Below are positions 50,957 to 61,419 of a stretch of DNA of 64,000 nucleotides, one piece after another. The DNA comes from Bacilli bacterium. Its GTDB lineage: Bacteria; Bacillota_I; Bacilli_A; RF39; UBA660. The stretch is taken from the NCBI GenBank assembly GCA_900771805.1, contig CAAGPL010000045.1, positions 70,856-134,855 on the forward strand. Reading direction: 5' to 3'. How positions within the stretch are numbered: position 1 is the stretch's first letter; the number at the start of each line of letters is the position of its first letter. A program made the translations under genes and the position numbers. The notes beneath the pieces were generated by a model. It was not told the DNA's origin. It saw only the letters and a program-made list of their open reading frames with translations, and searched no databases.

Positions 50957-51931
50957 GTGAGAACTAAAGATATAGGAATTGATTTGGGTACTGCAAACAT
51001 ATTAATATATGTTAAAGGAGAAGGAATTGTTCTTTCTGAACCAAGTGTTGTTGCAATTGATAAAGAAACAGGTAAAGTTTTGGCAATAGGTAAAAAAGCT
51101 CATGAAATGATTGGTCGTACACCATTAAGTGTAATTGCAATTAAACCATTAAAAGATGGTGTAATAGCTGATTTTGATAAAACTGAAATAATGCTTGATT
51201 ATTTTATAAAAAAAATAAAGGGTAAAACAATTTTTTCAAAACCAAGAATATTGATATGTTGTCCATCAAATACAACACAAGTTGAAAAAAATGCAATAAG
51301 AGAAGTAGCAGAAAGAACTGGTGCAAAAAAGGTGTATGTAGAAGAAGAACCTAAAGTAGCAGCAATAGGAGCGGGTTTAGAAATAAAAAATCCAACTGGA
51401 AACATGGTAATTGATATTGGAGGCGGAACAACAGATATAGCAGTTTTATCACTAAATGGTATTGTTTATAGTGAATCAATAAAAATTGCTGGAAATACGC
51501 TAGATATAGATATTATAAAGTATATAAAATCTAAATATAAATTATTAATTGGAGAAGTAACTGCAGAAAACATAAAAGTAAAAATAGGAACAACAATGAG
51601 TGAAACTAAAAATAAGTCTATGAAAGTAAGAGGAAGAGATCTATTAACAGGTCTACCTAAAACTATTGAAATAACATCAAAAGAAGTAAAAGAAGCAATT
51701 TATGATAGTTTAGAGATGATTATTCACGCAACAAAAACAGTACTTGAGAAAATAGAGCCAGAAATTTCTGCTGATATAATAGATAAAGGAATTGTATTAA
51801 CTGGTGGTGGTGCATTATTAGATGGACTTGATAAACTTATTGAAAAAGAAATAAAAGTACCTGTTAAAGTAGCAGAAAGACCACTTACTTGTGTAGTAGA
51901 AGGAACTGGTATAATTCTTGATAATATATAA
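50957..51931 (+). CDS. mreB: Rod-shape actin homologue MreB/Mbl
   Basis: DIGIDLGTANILIY and DIGGGTTDIA motifs; GTG start. Confidence 0.93.
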   Translation: MRTKDIGIDLGTANILIYVKGEGIVLSEPSVVAIDKETGKVLAIGKKAHEMIGRTPLSVIAIKPLKDGVIADFDKTEIMLDYFIKKIKGKTIFSKPRILICCPSNTTQVEKNAIREVAERTGAKKVYVEEEPKVAAIGAGLEIKNPTGNMVIDIGGGTTDIAVLSLNGIVYSESIKIAGNTLDIDIIKYIKSKYKLLIGEVTAENIKVKIGTTMSETKNKSMKVRGRDLLTGLPKTIEITSKEVKEAIYDSLEMIIHATKTVLEKIEPEISADIIDKGIVLTGGGALLDGLDKLIEKEIKVPVKVAERPLTCVVEGTGIILDNI

Positions 51932-52004
51932 TAAGAAGAATTTAAAAATTCTTCTTTTTTGTTATTACATATATGTGGTATAATCATATTTGGGTGAGTA
52001 AATA

Positions 52005-52715
52005 GTGATTAATTTTATAATTTGTGAGGATAACAATCATGTAAGAGAATTTGATAAAAAAATTATTTCTAAAATAGCTATGCCTTATGATTTTGATTAT
52101 ACAATTCATTCTTTCGATAGATATAATATAAAATTAAAAAATTTGATAAATACTCCATCAGATATAAAAATATACATATTAGATTTAGAATTGCCTAACA
52201 AATCCGGAACTGAAATTGCAAATGAAATAAGGAAGATAGACTGGGAAAGTATAATTATAATTTTAACATCGCATGATGAATTGGAGTTTAAATTGCTAAA
52301 GGAAAAATTATTGATATTTGATTTTATATCAAAATTTGATGATTATGAAAATCGTTTAACAAATACATTAAAAATGATAGTAGAAAAAGTTAATACAAAG
52401 AAAATAATAAGTTTTAAAAGCAATAAAGAACTTCATCATGTTAAATTAAATAATATTTTATATGTTAATAAAGATACTTTTACGAAGAAAACAAAAATAG
52501 TTACAACTGATAATGAGTATTTTGTAAGAGAAAGTTTATGTAATATAGTTTCTAAATTAGATTCAAATTTTTATCAAACTCATCGTGCTTGTTTTGTTAA
52601 TATATCAAAAATAAAAACAGTAGATTTTAAAAATAATATTATATATTTTACAAATGAAAAAACTACTGACTATTTATCAAGAAATTATAAGAAAAGGATA
52701 AGGGAAATATTATGA
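52005..52715 (+). CDS. agrA: LytTR-family response regulator (AgrA-like)
   Basis: Receiver domain with CEDN and ILDLELP Asp; C-terminal LytTR-type domain; overlaps the kinase start. Confidence 0.75.
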   Translation: MINFIICEDNNHVREFDKKIISKIAMPYDFDYTIHSFDRYNIKLKNLINTPSDIKIYILDLELPNKSGTEIANEIRKIDWESIIIILTSHDELEFKLLKEKLLIFDFISKFDDYENRLTNTLKMIVEKVNTKKIISFKSNKELHHVKLNNILYVNKDTFTKKTKIVTTDNEYFVRESLCNIVSKLDSNFYQTHRACFVNISKIKTVDFKNNIIYFTNEKTTDYLSRNYKKRIREIL

Positions 52716-54022
52716 GTATAGAAAAAGTTTTAGTAAGTGCAGTAGCTTCAATAGCACAATCGATAGCAGCAACTGTAATAGTTTTTAATCAACTAGATAA
52801 TAAAAAAATCAAGGATAAAATAATATTTTTTATATTAATGTTTACATATTGCTTTTTAGCAATTTTATTTGTAACAAATCAATTACGACTTATATTATGC
52901 ATAATTGCTTTATCATTAATATTATATTTTGTTATAGGAATAAAAGATAGAACTGTAATTTTATATTCATTTAATACAGAAATAATATTGGGTGTTTGTG
53001 AGATTATGGTTTCATTAGTACTTGTTATAATAGGAATTAATTCTGTGGATATAGTTAATAGTATAAAGTATAATTTATTAGCAAATATACTTATTGCAAT
53101 TTTTGCAATAGGTTTATCATATATTCCAATTGTGAAAAAAGCAATGAATAAAATAATAACTATATTTAAAAATAAAAAACTGATAAATTATTTGTACGTT
53201 TTACTTCTTATTTTATATTTAGTAGTTTCAAAAAATGGATTAGAATTTATTCTTAAATCAAATTATTATGTAAATATATTATTTGTTGTAAGTATAATAA
53301 TTATATTTGGTATAATAATTAAAAACGAAAGTAAATATGAAAGATTAAAAGAAGAAAATAAACAAATGTATAATCATGTTACAAAGTATGAAAAAATAAT
53401 TACTGAGCAAGGCAAAGTTAATCATGAATTTAAAAATCAACTTATGGTAATTCGTGGTTATGCACAAATGAAATCAGACAAATTACTTGATTATATTGAT
53501 TCAATAACACAAGATGCTAATAAAACACATAGTAGTTATTTAATAAGTCAGTTAAACAAATTTCCTGAAGGTGGTATAAAAGGTCTTTTATATTATAAAT
53601 TATCTATAATGGAAGATGAAAATATTAAATATGAATTAGATGTTCAAGCAGGAGTTAAAACAAAATTAAATTCACTATCTATTAATATGTATAAAAATAT
53701 TACTAAAATTTTAGGAGTTTTATTAGATAATGCAATAGATGCTAGTAAACGAAGTAAAGAAAAGCATATAATTATATCTGTTTTAAAAGATAAATCAAAT
53801 GTTATATTTAGTATTTCTAATTCGTATAAAGGAAAATTAAATTTAGATAAGATGGGTACTGGTTTTACGACTAAAGGTTTAGGACATGGATATGGTTTAA
53901 GATTAGTAAATGATATAATGAAAGAAACTAATTCATTTGAAGTTACTGGTGAAGTTAAAGATAAGTATTATGTATCAAATTTAATTATAAAAATAGGAAA
54001 AAAGAAAAAAGTCTTAAAATAG
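52712..54022 (+). CDS. agrC: AgrC-like (HPK10) membrane histidine kinase
   Basis: About 200-aa polytopic N-terminus; H-box NHEFKNQL; ATPase N-box LLDNAIDA and G-box GLGHGYGL. Confidence 0.75.
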   Translation: MSIEKVLVSAVASIAQSIAATVIVFNQLDNKKIKDKIIFFILMFTYCFLAILFVTNQLRLILCIIALSLILYFVIGIKDRTVILYSFNTEIILGVCEIMVSLVLVIIGINSVDIVNSIKYNLLANILIAIFAIGLSYIPIVKKAMNKIITIFKNKKLINYLYVLLLILYLVVSKNGLEFILKSNYYVNILFVVSIIIIFGIIIKNESKYERLKEENKQMYNHVTKYEKIITEQGKVNHEFKNQLMVIRGYAQMKSDKLLDYIDSITQDANKTHSSYLISQLNKFPEGGIKGLLYYKLSIMEDENIKYELDVQAGVKTKLNSLSINMYKNITKILGVLLDNAIDASKRSKEKHIIISVLKDKSNVIFSISNSYKGKLNLDKMGTGFTTKGLGHGYGLRLVNDIMKETNSFEVTGEVKDKYYVSNLIIKIGKKKKVLK

Positions 54023-54037
54023 GACTTTTTTCTTTTT

Positions 54038-54163
54038 TTATCTTTCAAGCAATGATTTTGGCATAGTAGGTTCATCTATCCAAACAAGAATACAACCACT
54101 AGTAGCAGAAGCAGCAACTAAAGCACCAACAGCTGAAATTAAAGAAACAAATAAAGCTTTCAT
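54038..54163 (-). CDS. agrD: Autoinducing peptide precursor AgrD (41 aa, not in ORF track)
   Basis: My translation: MKALFVSLISAVGALVAASATSGCILVWIDEPTMPKSLLER. A GGAGGA SD lies upstream, and the start is 39 nt downstream of agrB. It has Cys plus 4 residues followed by an IDEPxMPK recognition motif, like S. aureus CDFIM-DEVEVPKEL. Confidence 0.75.
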   Translation of the reverse strand: MKALFVSLISAVGALVAASATSGCILVWIDEPTMPKSLLER

Positions 54164-54202
54164 TTAAATATCCTCCTTTCATAAACTTATTTAATCACTT
54201 TG

Positions 54203-54808
54203 TTAAGTGTTTAAACCATAATTTTTATAATTCTTATATGGCATATGAAATGCCTTGTATGTAATTGGTAATATTAAGATACATTCTATAGTAATTCCTA
54301 TTATTAGGCTATTTATAATTAGATTGTTTTTTATAAATAAAGTTAATATAAAATAAAGTATAACAATTATTAAAGAAAGAATTTTAAACTTTATTCTTTT
54401 ATTCTTTTTAATAAGAGGTCTTTTTTTTGTATCAGCAGGTGCATACATCATAATTATTAAAAAAGTTATAATATAAAGAATATATAGTATAGATTTATTA
54501 AATATTATATATTTGCACATAAATGCACCAAAAAGAAATAATAAACTTGAAAATATAAGACAAATATAACTTTTATTTGCGTGCATTCCGAAAGCAAATA
54601 ACCTTATAAAATTAAAAGATATAAGTAAATATAAAAGTTCTTTAAAGATTCCTAGTATCATTGCCAAAACAAATATAATAATAGTTTTAGTTATAAGTAG
54701 ATAAATACCTTCTATACCATACATTATTTCATCTATTTTATCTTTTGAATAATTTGGATATTGTTTGGTAATACTATTTTTTATTTTATCTAGAAAACGT
54801 TTTTTCAT
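54203..54808 (-). CDS. agrB: AgrB peptidase (AIP maturation)
   Basis: FIRLFAFGMHA and YAPADTKKRPL match the conserved AgrB R-x-G-x-HA and YAP-x-TKK-P motifs. Confidence 0.85.
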   Translation of the reverse strand: MKKRFLDKIKNSITKQYPNYSKDKIDEIMYGIEGIYLLITKTIIIFVLAMILGIFKELLYLLISFNFIRLFAFGMHANKSYICLIFSSLLFLFGAFMCKYIIFNKSILYILYIITFLIIMMYAPADTKKRPLIKKNKRIKFKILSLIIVILYFILTLFIKNNLIINSLIIGITIECILILPITYKAFHMPYKNYKNYGLNT

Positions 54809-55117
54809 TAATTCCTCCGTTTAAATTTTACATACATATTTTAATATAAATAAATTCTTAATAAAAAAACATCAATTTAGAAGTTATATAATTATTTTTA
54901 TTTGAAGGTAAAATTAAAAATAAAAAGGTATATTTGCATTTTAAACACAAAAAATGACATTTTAGAATATAAAACATTTCTAAAATAGGAAAAAAGTTTA
55001 TTATAAAGTCACTCACTAAAAAATTTGTCGAAATTTGATGAACGATTTAGTGTTGAATTTATTTGCTTACAGCGGTATAGTAGAAGTGTAAACAATAAGG
55101 GAAGTGAGGTGTATCGA

Positions 55118-55339
55118 GTGGTAAAAGTGGGTAAGATGAAGTGGTTTAATAACGAAAAAGGTTATGGATTCATCGAAGGCGAAAATGGTGAAGACATATT
55201 TGTTCATTATACCGCTATAAAACAAGATGGTTATAAAAGCCTTTGTGAAGATCAAATAGTTGAATACAAACTATTAGAAACTGAAAAAGGCTTGCAAGCC
55301 ATCAATGTAAAAGAAGTATCAAATGCTACTGTTCACTAG
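55118..55339 (+). CDS. csp: Cold-shock protein (CspA family)
   Basis: [12 protein letters not shown] and DIFVHYTAI (RNP1/RNP2). The start is uncertain: GTG 55118 or ATG 55136. The track's longer extension is unlikely. Confidence 0.85.
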   Translation: MVKVGKMKWFNNEKGYGFIEGENGEDIFVHYTAIKQDGYKSLCEDQIVEYKLLETEKGLQAINVKEVSNATVH

Positions 55340-55390
55340 TAGCATTTGTTTTTATATTATGATATAATTTATTTAAGGAGGATTGATAAA

Positions 55391-55921
55391 ATGAGGTATA
55401 ACATTAGAGGAGAAAAAGTAGAAATAACAAATTCAATAAAATCTTATATAGAAGATAAGATAGGAAAGTTGGATAAGTATTTTGAAAATGCTGATGATAT
55501 TTTGGCAAATGTGGTAATTAAGGTTCGTGGAAAAGAACAAAAAATTGAAATAACAGTACCAGCTATGCATTATACATTAAGAAGTGAAGAATCCAACGAT
55601 GATTTATATGCTGCAATTGATCTTACGGTAGATAAGTTAGAAAGGCAAATAAGAAAACATAAGACTAAATTAAATAACAGAATAAAGAAAAATATTATTC
55701 AAAACTTTGATATTGATTTAGAAGATGATTTGGAAGAAGAAAATTCAAAAATAATAAAAAGAAAAGAAATTGATATGAAACCTATGGATGAAGAAGAAGC
55801 AATTCTTCAAATGAATATGTTAGGTCATTCATTCTTTGTTTTCAAAAATTCTTCTAATGGATTAATTTGTGTTCTTTATTTAAGAAAAGATGGAACTTAT
55901 GGAATAATTGAAGCAAAATAA
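55391..55921 (+). CDS. hpf: Ribosome hibernation promoting factor (long form)
   Basis: MRYNIRGEKVEIT start with an AAGGAGG SD; C-terminal dimerisation region KPM..EEAILQM..LGHSFFVF. Confidence 0.9.
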   Translation: MRYNIRGEKVEITNSIKSYIEDKIGKLDKYFENADDILANVVIKVRGKEQKIEITVPAMHYTLRSEESNDDLYAAIDLTVDKLERQIRKHKTKLNNRIKKNIIQNFDIDLEDDLEEENSKIIKRKEIDMKPMDEEEAILQMNMLGHSFFVFKNSSNGLICVLYLRKDGTYGIIEAK

Positions 55922-56003
55922 GAATAAAGTTAAGAAAATAATTATTATTACTTTAATTATTTTCTTTTTTTTGTTACAATTATTCTTATAGGAGATGATA
56001 TAA

Positions 56004-58499
56004 ATGTTAAAAATACTAAAAAGAATTTTTGATCATGAATATAAAGAATTAGAAAAATTTAAATTAATTGCAGATAAGGTATTTGAATTAGAAGATAAAT
56101 ATTCTAAATTAACTGATAAACAGTTAAAAGATTCAACAAAAAAATTAAAAAAGAGATTAAGTAATGGTGAGTCATTAGATGATATAATTCCTGATGCTTT
56201 TGCAACAGTTAGGGAAGCTGCATTTCGTGTTATTGGTGAGAAACCATTTTATGTACAAGTATTAGGTGCTCTTGCAATTCATTTTGGTAATATAGCAGAA
56301 ATGAAAACTGGAGAAGGTAAGACTTTAACTTGTGTTATGCCAGCATATTTAAATGCATTAACAGAAAAAGGTGTTCATGTTGTAACAGTAAATGAATACT
56401 TAGCAACTCGTGATTCTAATTGGATGGGTCAAATATATAATTTCTTAGGATTAACAGTAGCTGTTAATTTAAGAGAAATGACTTCTAAAGAAAAAAAGGA
56501 AGCTTATAATTGTGATATATTATATTCAACAAATAATGAACTAGGCTTTGACTATTTAAGAGATAATATGGTTGTTAATGCAGAAGATAGGGTTCAAAGA
56601 CCACTTAATTTTGCCATTATAGATGAAGTTGATTCTGTATTAATTGATGAAGCTAGAACACCACTTATAATTTCTGGTGGTGTTATGAAGTCAGCAAATC
56701 TTTATAAAGATGCTGATAGATTTGTTAAATCATTAAAAGAAAATGAAGATTATACTATAGATGAAAAAACAAAAGATATAACTCTAACAGATCAAGGAAC
56801 CATAAAAGGAGAAAAATATTTTAGATTAAGTAATTTATATGATATTGAACATTCAGCTTTAGTTCATCATATAAATCAAGCTTTAAAAGCAAATTATACA
56901 ATGCATAATGATGTTGATTATGTAGTTCAAGAAGGTAAAGTTGTAATAGTAGATCAATTTACAGGAAGATTAATGCCAGGTAGAGCCTTTTCTGATGGAC
57001 TTCATCAAGCAATAGAAGCTAAAGAAAACGTAGAAATACAAGAAGAAACTAAAACACTTGCAACAATTACATTCCAAAATTACTTTAGAATGTATGAAAA
57101 ATTATCTGGTATGACAGGTACTGCAAAAACAGAAGAAGAAGAATTTAGAAATATATATAATATGTTTGTTATAGAAATTCCAACTAATTTACCCGTAATA
57201 AGAGTTGATGCTGCAGATTTAATTTATTCAACAAAAGAGGAAAAATATAAAGCTATAATTGCTGAAATTAAAAGAAGACATGAAAAGGGACAACCTGTTT
57301 TAGTTGGTACAATTGCTATAGAAACAAACGAACTATTAAGTGATATGCTTAAAAAAGCTCATATAAAGCATGAAGTTTTAAATGCAAAAAATCACGCAAG
57401 AGAAGCAGAAATAATTGCAAAAGCAGGAGAAAAAGGTTCTGTTACAATAGCAACTAATATGGCAGGACGTGGTACTGACATTAAATTAGGTGAAGGAATA
57501 AAAGAATTAGGTGGTCTATGTGTAATAGGAACTGAAAGACATGAATCACGTCGTATAGATAATCAGCTAAGAGGTCGTTCAGGACGTCAAGGAGATCCAG
57601 GATATAGTCAATTTTTTGTATCTTTTGAAGATGAATTAATGGTAAGATTTGGTACAGATAGATTTAAGACAATTTTAGAAATGGCTGGATTAGATAGTGA
57701 AAGAAATATGCGTAGTAAAACCATTACAAGATCGGTTGAAACAGCACAAAAAAGAGTAGAAGGAAATAACTTTGATGCACGTAAACATTTATTACAATAT
57801 GATGATGTAATGGGTAAACACCGTGAAATAATGTATGCAAAGAGAAATGAAATATTAGATAGTGATGATGTTCACAACTATGTTATAAATATTATTAAAG
57901 AGCATGTTGATATAGTTGTTAGAAGACATACAAATGAACATGGTATTATTTTAGAAAATGATTGTAATGAAATAGTAGAGTACGTAAATGAAAATTTAAT
58001 AAATAAATCAAATTTGAAATTATCAGAAATATTAAATAAAGATGTTGATGAGATAATAAGTGTAATTGAAGCAAAGGTTTTAAGTGAATATGAAGATAAA
58101 ATCAAATCTTTACCAGAAGAAATAAGAAAAGATTTTGAAAAAGCAATAAGTTTACAAGTTATAGATAACTACTGGATGGAACACATTAATACAATGGATC
58201 ATTTAAGAGAAGGTGTTTCGTTAAGAGGTTATGCTAATGAAGATCCGCTTCAAGCTTATATAAGAGAAGGTTTTGAATTATTTGATAAAATGTTAGATAA
58301 TATTTGTAAAGATACTACCTTATATTTATTAAAAGCTGAAATAAGACAAAATTTACAAGTAAAGCAAGTAAAAGGAAAGACTAACGAAGCAAAAGATTCT
58401 ACTTCAAAGAAAACTATAAAAAACAGTAAAAAAGTAGGTCGTAATGATCCTTGTCCTTGTGGCTCTGGTAAGAAGTACAAACAATGCTGTGGTAAATAG
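56004..58499 (+). CDS. secA: Preprotein translocase ATPase SecA
   Basis: 831 aa; MKTGEGKTL Walker A; C-terminal zinc motif CPCGSGKKYKQCCG. Confidence 0.97.
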   Translation: MLKILKRIFDHEYKELEKFKLIADKVFELEDKYSKLTDKQLKDSTKKLKKRLSNGESLDDIIPDAFATVREAAFRVIGEKPFYVQVLGALAIHFGNIAEMKTGEGKTLTCVMPAYLNALTEKGVHVVTVNEYLATRDSNWMGQIYNFLGLTVAVNLREMTSKEKKEAYNCDILYSTNNELGFDYLRDNMVVNAEDRVQRPLNFAIIDEVDSVLIDEARTPLIISGGVMKSANLYKDADRFVKSLKENEDYTIDEKTKDITLTDQGTIKGEKYFRLSNLYDIEHSALVHHINQALKANYTMHNDVDYVVQEGKVVIVDQFTGRLMPGRAFSDGLHQAIEAKENVEIQEETKTLATITFQNYFRMYEKLSGMTGTAKTEEEEFRNIYNMFVIEIPTNLPVIRVDAADLIYSTKEEKYKAIIAEIKRRHEKGQPVLVGTIAIETNELLSDMLKKAHIKHEVLNAKNHAREAEIIAKAGEKGSVTIATNMAGRGTDIKLGEGIKELGGLCVIGTERHESRRIDNQLRGRSGRQGDPGYSQFFVSFEDELMVRFGTDRFKTILEMAGLDSERNMRSKTITRSVETAQKRVEGNNFDARKHLLQYDDVMGKHREIMYAKRNEILDSDDVHNYVINIIKEHVDIVVRRHTNEHGIILENDCNEIVEYVNENLINKSNLKLSEILNKDVDEIISVIEAKVLSEYEDKIKSLPEEIRKDFEKAISLQVIDNYWMEHINTMDHLREGVSLRGYANEDPLQAYIREGFELFDKMLDNICKDTTLYLLKAEIRQNLQVKQVKGKTNEAKDSTSKKTIKNSKKVGRNDPCPCGSGKKYKQCCGK

Positions 58500-58544
58500 C
58501 TTATTTTATAAGGGTTTGTACAATTGGAATTAGTCAAAAAAGCA

Positions 58545-58658
58545 CTAAATTGTGTGCAAAAACGCTAAATTGTGTGCAATTTGTGTGCGAAAAATAAAAA
58601 ATCATGCACACAAATCAATTTAACCCATATAAATAAAGGGTTTGTGTTATGCACACAA
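58545..58658. repeat. Array of five TTGTGTGCA motifs (three direct, two inverted), candidate integrase arm-type sites
   Basis: CTAAATTGTGTGCAA is repeated exactly at 58545-59 and 58565-79. TTGTGTGC is at 58581-88. TGCACACAA is at 58605-13 and 58650-58. Confidence 0.6.
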
Positions 58659-58725
58659 AATCATGAAATCAACATTCGTGTTGATTTTTTTCGTTCTCTA
58701 AAAGATTTAGAGGAGGAAAAAATTT

Positions 58726-60045
58726 ATGGCACAAGTGAACACAATGAAAAGGGGGAATTACTATCAATACAGATTCGAAATAGCACCACAAGATGGAAAA
58801 AGGAAGTTTATTAACAAGTCTGGTTTTAAGACAAAACAAGAAGCGTATGAAGCTGGTATGAAAGCATACAACGAATATACAAATACAGGTAATATTTTTA
58901 AGCCATCAACAGTATCATTTTCTGATTATCTTGATTATTGGATGAAAATGTATTGCAACATTAATTTAAGATACGCAACTATAATTACCTATGAGAATAT
59001 TATTAAAAATCATATAAAACCTAGATTAGGGTTTTATAGATTATCACAAATAACGTCAGCAACGATACAAGAATTTATAAATAATATTTATGTAGAAAAA
59101 GGATTTTCTAAAAGTTTTTTACGAACAATTTTAAAAGTGTTAAAAGGAGCATTAGGATATGCAACTGATGTAGTTGGATTCATTAAAATTAATCCTGCAT
59201 TAAAAGTCAAAATACCAAAGTATGATGCACCCCAAGCTGATCCTGCACATATATTTACACCAGAAGAAATAGAGATTATTTTTAATAGGTTTAGAAATAG
59301 TCATACTATCTATTATGCTTTTTTAACTGCATATTATACTGGATTACGTATATCAGAGGTATTTGGGTTAACATGGGAAGATATAGATTTTGAAAACAAA
59401 ACATTGAGAGTAGATAGAAATATTATCAAAAAAAATCAATCTGGTGGAACAAAAAGGAGATTGATAGAAGGAAATTCAACCACAGTTTGGTATTTTGGCA
59501 ATTGTAAAACTCCATCAAGTCATAGAGTAATTGAAATCGGTGATACATTATTAAATGCTCTAAAAGAATTTAAATATGAACAAGAAATATTTAGAGAACA
59601 ATATGGTGATTCATATATGAAACATTATGCTAAGGAAGTTATGAATCCTTACACAAATAAACCAGAAACAAAAATAGTAAATGCTTATGCAGAAATTGAT
59701 GTAGCATTACCAGAAGTTCATCTAATATTTGTAAAGAACAATGGAGTATTTGAAGGGACAGATACATGTAAACATCCATTTAAAGTAATACATTACGAAT
59801 TAGGTATACCTTGTAGATTTCATGACTTTAGAGATACACACGCTACAAGATTAATTGAAGCTGGTGCTGATATAAAAGCAGTATCAAAAAGGTTAGGACA
59901 TAGCACAATAGAAACTACATATAATATCTATGTTCGTGTGACTGTTAAGATGGAAGAAGAAGTTGTAAGTAAATTTGAAGATTATGCAAATTCGTTAGAA
60001 ATTTCAATTTTAAAAAAGCCAAAAGAACTAATGCAGGAATACTGA
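58726..60045 (+). CDS. int: Tyrosine site-specific integrase with AP2-like arm-binding N-domain
   Basis: 439 aa; N-terminus YYQYRFEI...GFKTKQEA; catalytic region GLRISE...HDFRDTHAT...LGHSTIETTYNIY. Confidence 0.88.
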   Translation: MAQVNTMKRGNYYQYRFEIAPQDGKRKFINKSGFKTKQEAYEAGMKAYNEYTNTGNIFKPSTVSFSDYLDYWMKMYCNINLRYATIITYENIIKNHIKPRLGFYRLSQITSATIQEFINNIYVEKGFSKSFLRTILKVLKGALGYATDVVGFIKINPALKVKIPKYDAPQADPAHIFTPEEIEIIFNRFRNSHTIYYAFLTAYYTGLRISEVFGLTWEDIDFENKTLRVDRNIIKKNQSGGTKRRLIEGNSTTVWYFGNCKTPSSHRVIEIGDTLLNALKEFKYEQEIFREQYGDSYMKHYAKEVMNPYTNKPETKIVNAYAEIDVALPEVHLIFVKNNGVFEGTDTCKHPFKVIHYELGIPCRFHDFRDTHATRLIEAGADIKAVSKRLGHSTIETTYNIYVRVTVKMEEEVVSKFEDYANSLEISILKKPKELMQEY

Positions 60046-60069
60046 TAACACATGTTATTTATATTAATT

Positions 60070-60094
60070 GAACTGATAATTCAGTTCTTTTTTT
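60070..60094 (+). terminator. int terminator
   Basis: GAACTGA-TAAT-TCAGTTC followed by TTTTTTT. Confidence 0.7.
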
Positions 60095-60123
60095 ATGTCG
60101 TAAAACAGAAAGGATGATGTAAA

Positions 60124-60942
60124 ATGGCAGTGTTTAAAATCGAAAAACAGAAGAATTATACTGTTATGAGCAATTATCATTTACAAGATAGAAATTTATC
60201 ATACAAAGCGAAAGGATTATTATCATTCATGCTTAGTTTACCAGAGGACTGGGATTACTCTTTGAATGGTTTAGTTGCTGTTAGTAAAGAAAGGAAGAAA
60301 GCAATTAGAAATATATTGAGTGAATTAATAAATAAAGGATATGTGGTAAGAGAACAAGGCAGAGGAGAAAAAGGGTATTATAAGTATGATTACATAATTA
60401 GAGAAATTCCTGTTAATGTATTAGAGAAGGATCATCCAGATACCCAAAAGGGAGATGCCGTTAAAGGAGATGCCGAAAAAGGCACACAAATAAATACTAA
60501 TAAAGAAAATACTAAAGAACAAATAGATAAAATAGATAAAACCATAAATGAAAAAAATTTTTCAAAATCAGATGATTTAAACTCAAATAAAACACACCAT
60601 TCTATTACCAAAGATTTGATTAAAAGAAAATATTTAAAAGATGATGATATAGAACTATATAAGTATGATAAATTATTTAAACAGTTATTAAAACAATATG
60701 AATTTACAAATATAGTGACAATAACACATTACATTGCATCAAGTGTGGTTAAAAGACATTTTTTAGATGAATATAATGAGATTATAGATAATAAATTTGG
60801 ATATTTAAAAAAATCTATCATGAACAATATTGATAGATTTAATAAAAATGAAATAGAATGGGACGAAGAGCTAGGATGGTTTAAAGAAAAAGAACAAGAC
60901 TATGATAGGGATTTTTATGATGACTATGAAATATCGTATTAA
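60124..60942 (+). CDS. Replication-initiator/replisome-organiser-like protein (winged-helix N-domain)
   Basis: N-terminus FKIEKQKNYTVMSNYHLQDRNLSYKAKGLLSFMLSLPEDWDYSLNGL is typical of MGE Rep/DnaD-like N-domains; the assignment rests on motif memory only. Confidence 0.6.
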   Translation: MAVFKIEKQKNYTVMSNYHLQDRNLSYKAKGLLSFMLSLPEDWDYSLNGLVAVSKERKKAIRNILSELINKGYVVREQGRGEKGYYKYDYIIREIPVNVLEKDHPDTQKGDAVKGDAEKGTQINTNKENTKEQIDKIDKTINEKNFSKSDDLNSNKTHHSITKDLIKRKYLKDDDIELYKYDKLFKQLLKQYEFTNIVTITHYIASSVVKRHFLDEYNEIIDNKFGYLKKSIMNNIDRFNKNEIEWDEELGWFKEKEQDYDRDFYDDYEISY

Positions 60943-60959
60943 AAAATAAAAAATATGTT

Positions 60960-61382
60960 TTATTGCATATTTTTCATATTCTTAATTATTATGTCTAAAC
61001 TTTTTAGAGTCTTTTTATCAACTTCTAAAATAATACTATGTAGAATTTTTAATTCTTCAACATCTAATTTTTTAATATTATCGGATATAAGAGCGACTAT
61101 TTTGTCTTTATCAGTATACGTTTTTTGTTTTACTTCACCATTTTGGTATGCAGTTTGATATTCAATAATTTTTTCTTCTAGTTCAGGCAAATCCATACAC
61201 ATACCATTTGCTATAAGTCCTAAAATTACACCAGATATTCCTATCTTACCATATTTATTATTTAATAGTTTACTTAATGTTGCTTTGTTTACTTTTGATT
61301 TTCTCCCGAATTCTGATAAACTCATATTATGCAGTTCTAAATATTCAATCAAAATAAGTCTTACAGCAGATTCCCTACTCAT
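60960..61382 (-). CDS. XRE-type HTH regulator (putative element repressor)
   Basis: HTH segment MSLSEFGRKSKVNKATLSKLL; transcribed divergently from the downstream module. Confidence 0.7.
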   Translation of the reverse strand: MSRESAVRLILIEYLELHNMSLSEFGRKSKVNKATLSKLLNNKYGKIGISGVILGLIANGMCMDLPELEEKIIEYQTAYQNGEVKQKTYTDKDKIVALISDNIKKLDVEELKILHSIILEVDKKTLKSLDIIIKNMKNMQ

Positions 61383-61419
61383 TATTTATCTCCTTTCATA
61401 AAAAATTAACTTCAATATT

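Noticed and set aside
58572-58814. 80-aa ORF overlapping the repeat array and the int start.
   Set aside because: It starts inside the TTGTGTGCA repeats, has no SD, and overlaps the well-supported integrase frame.
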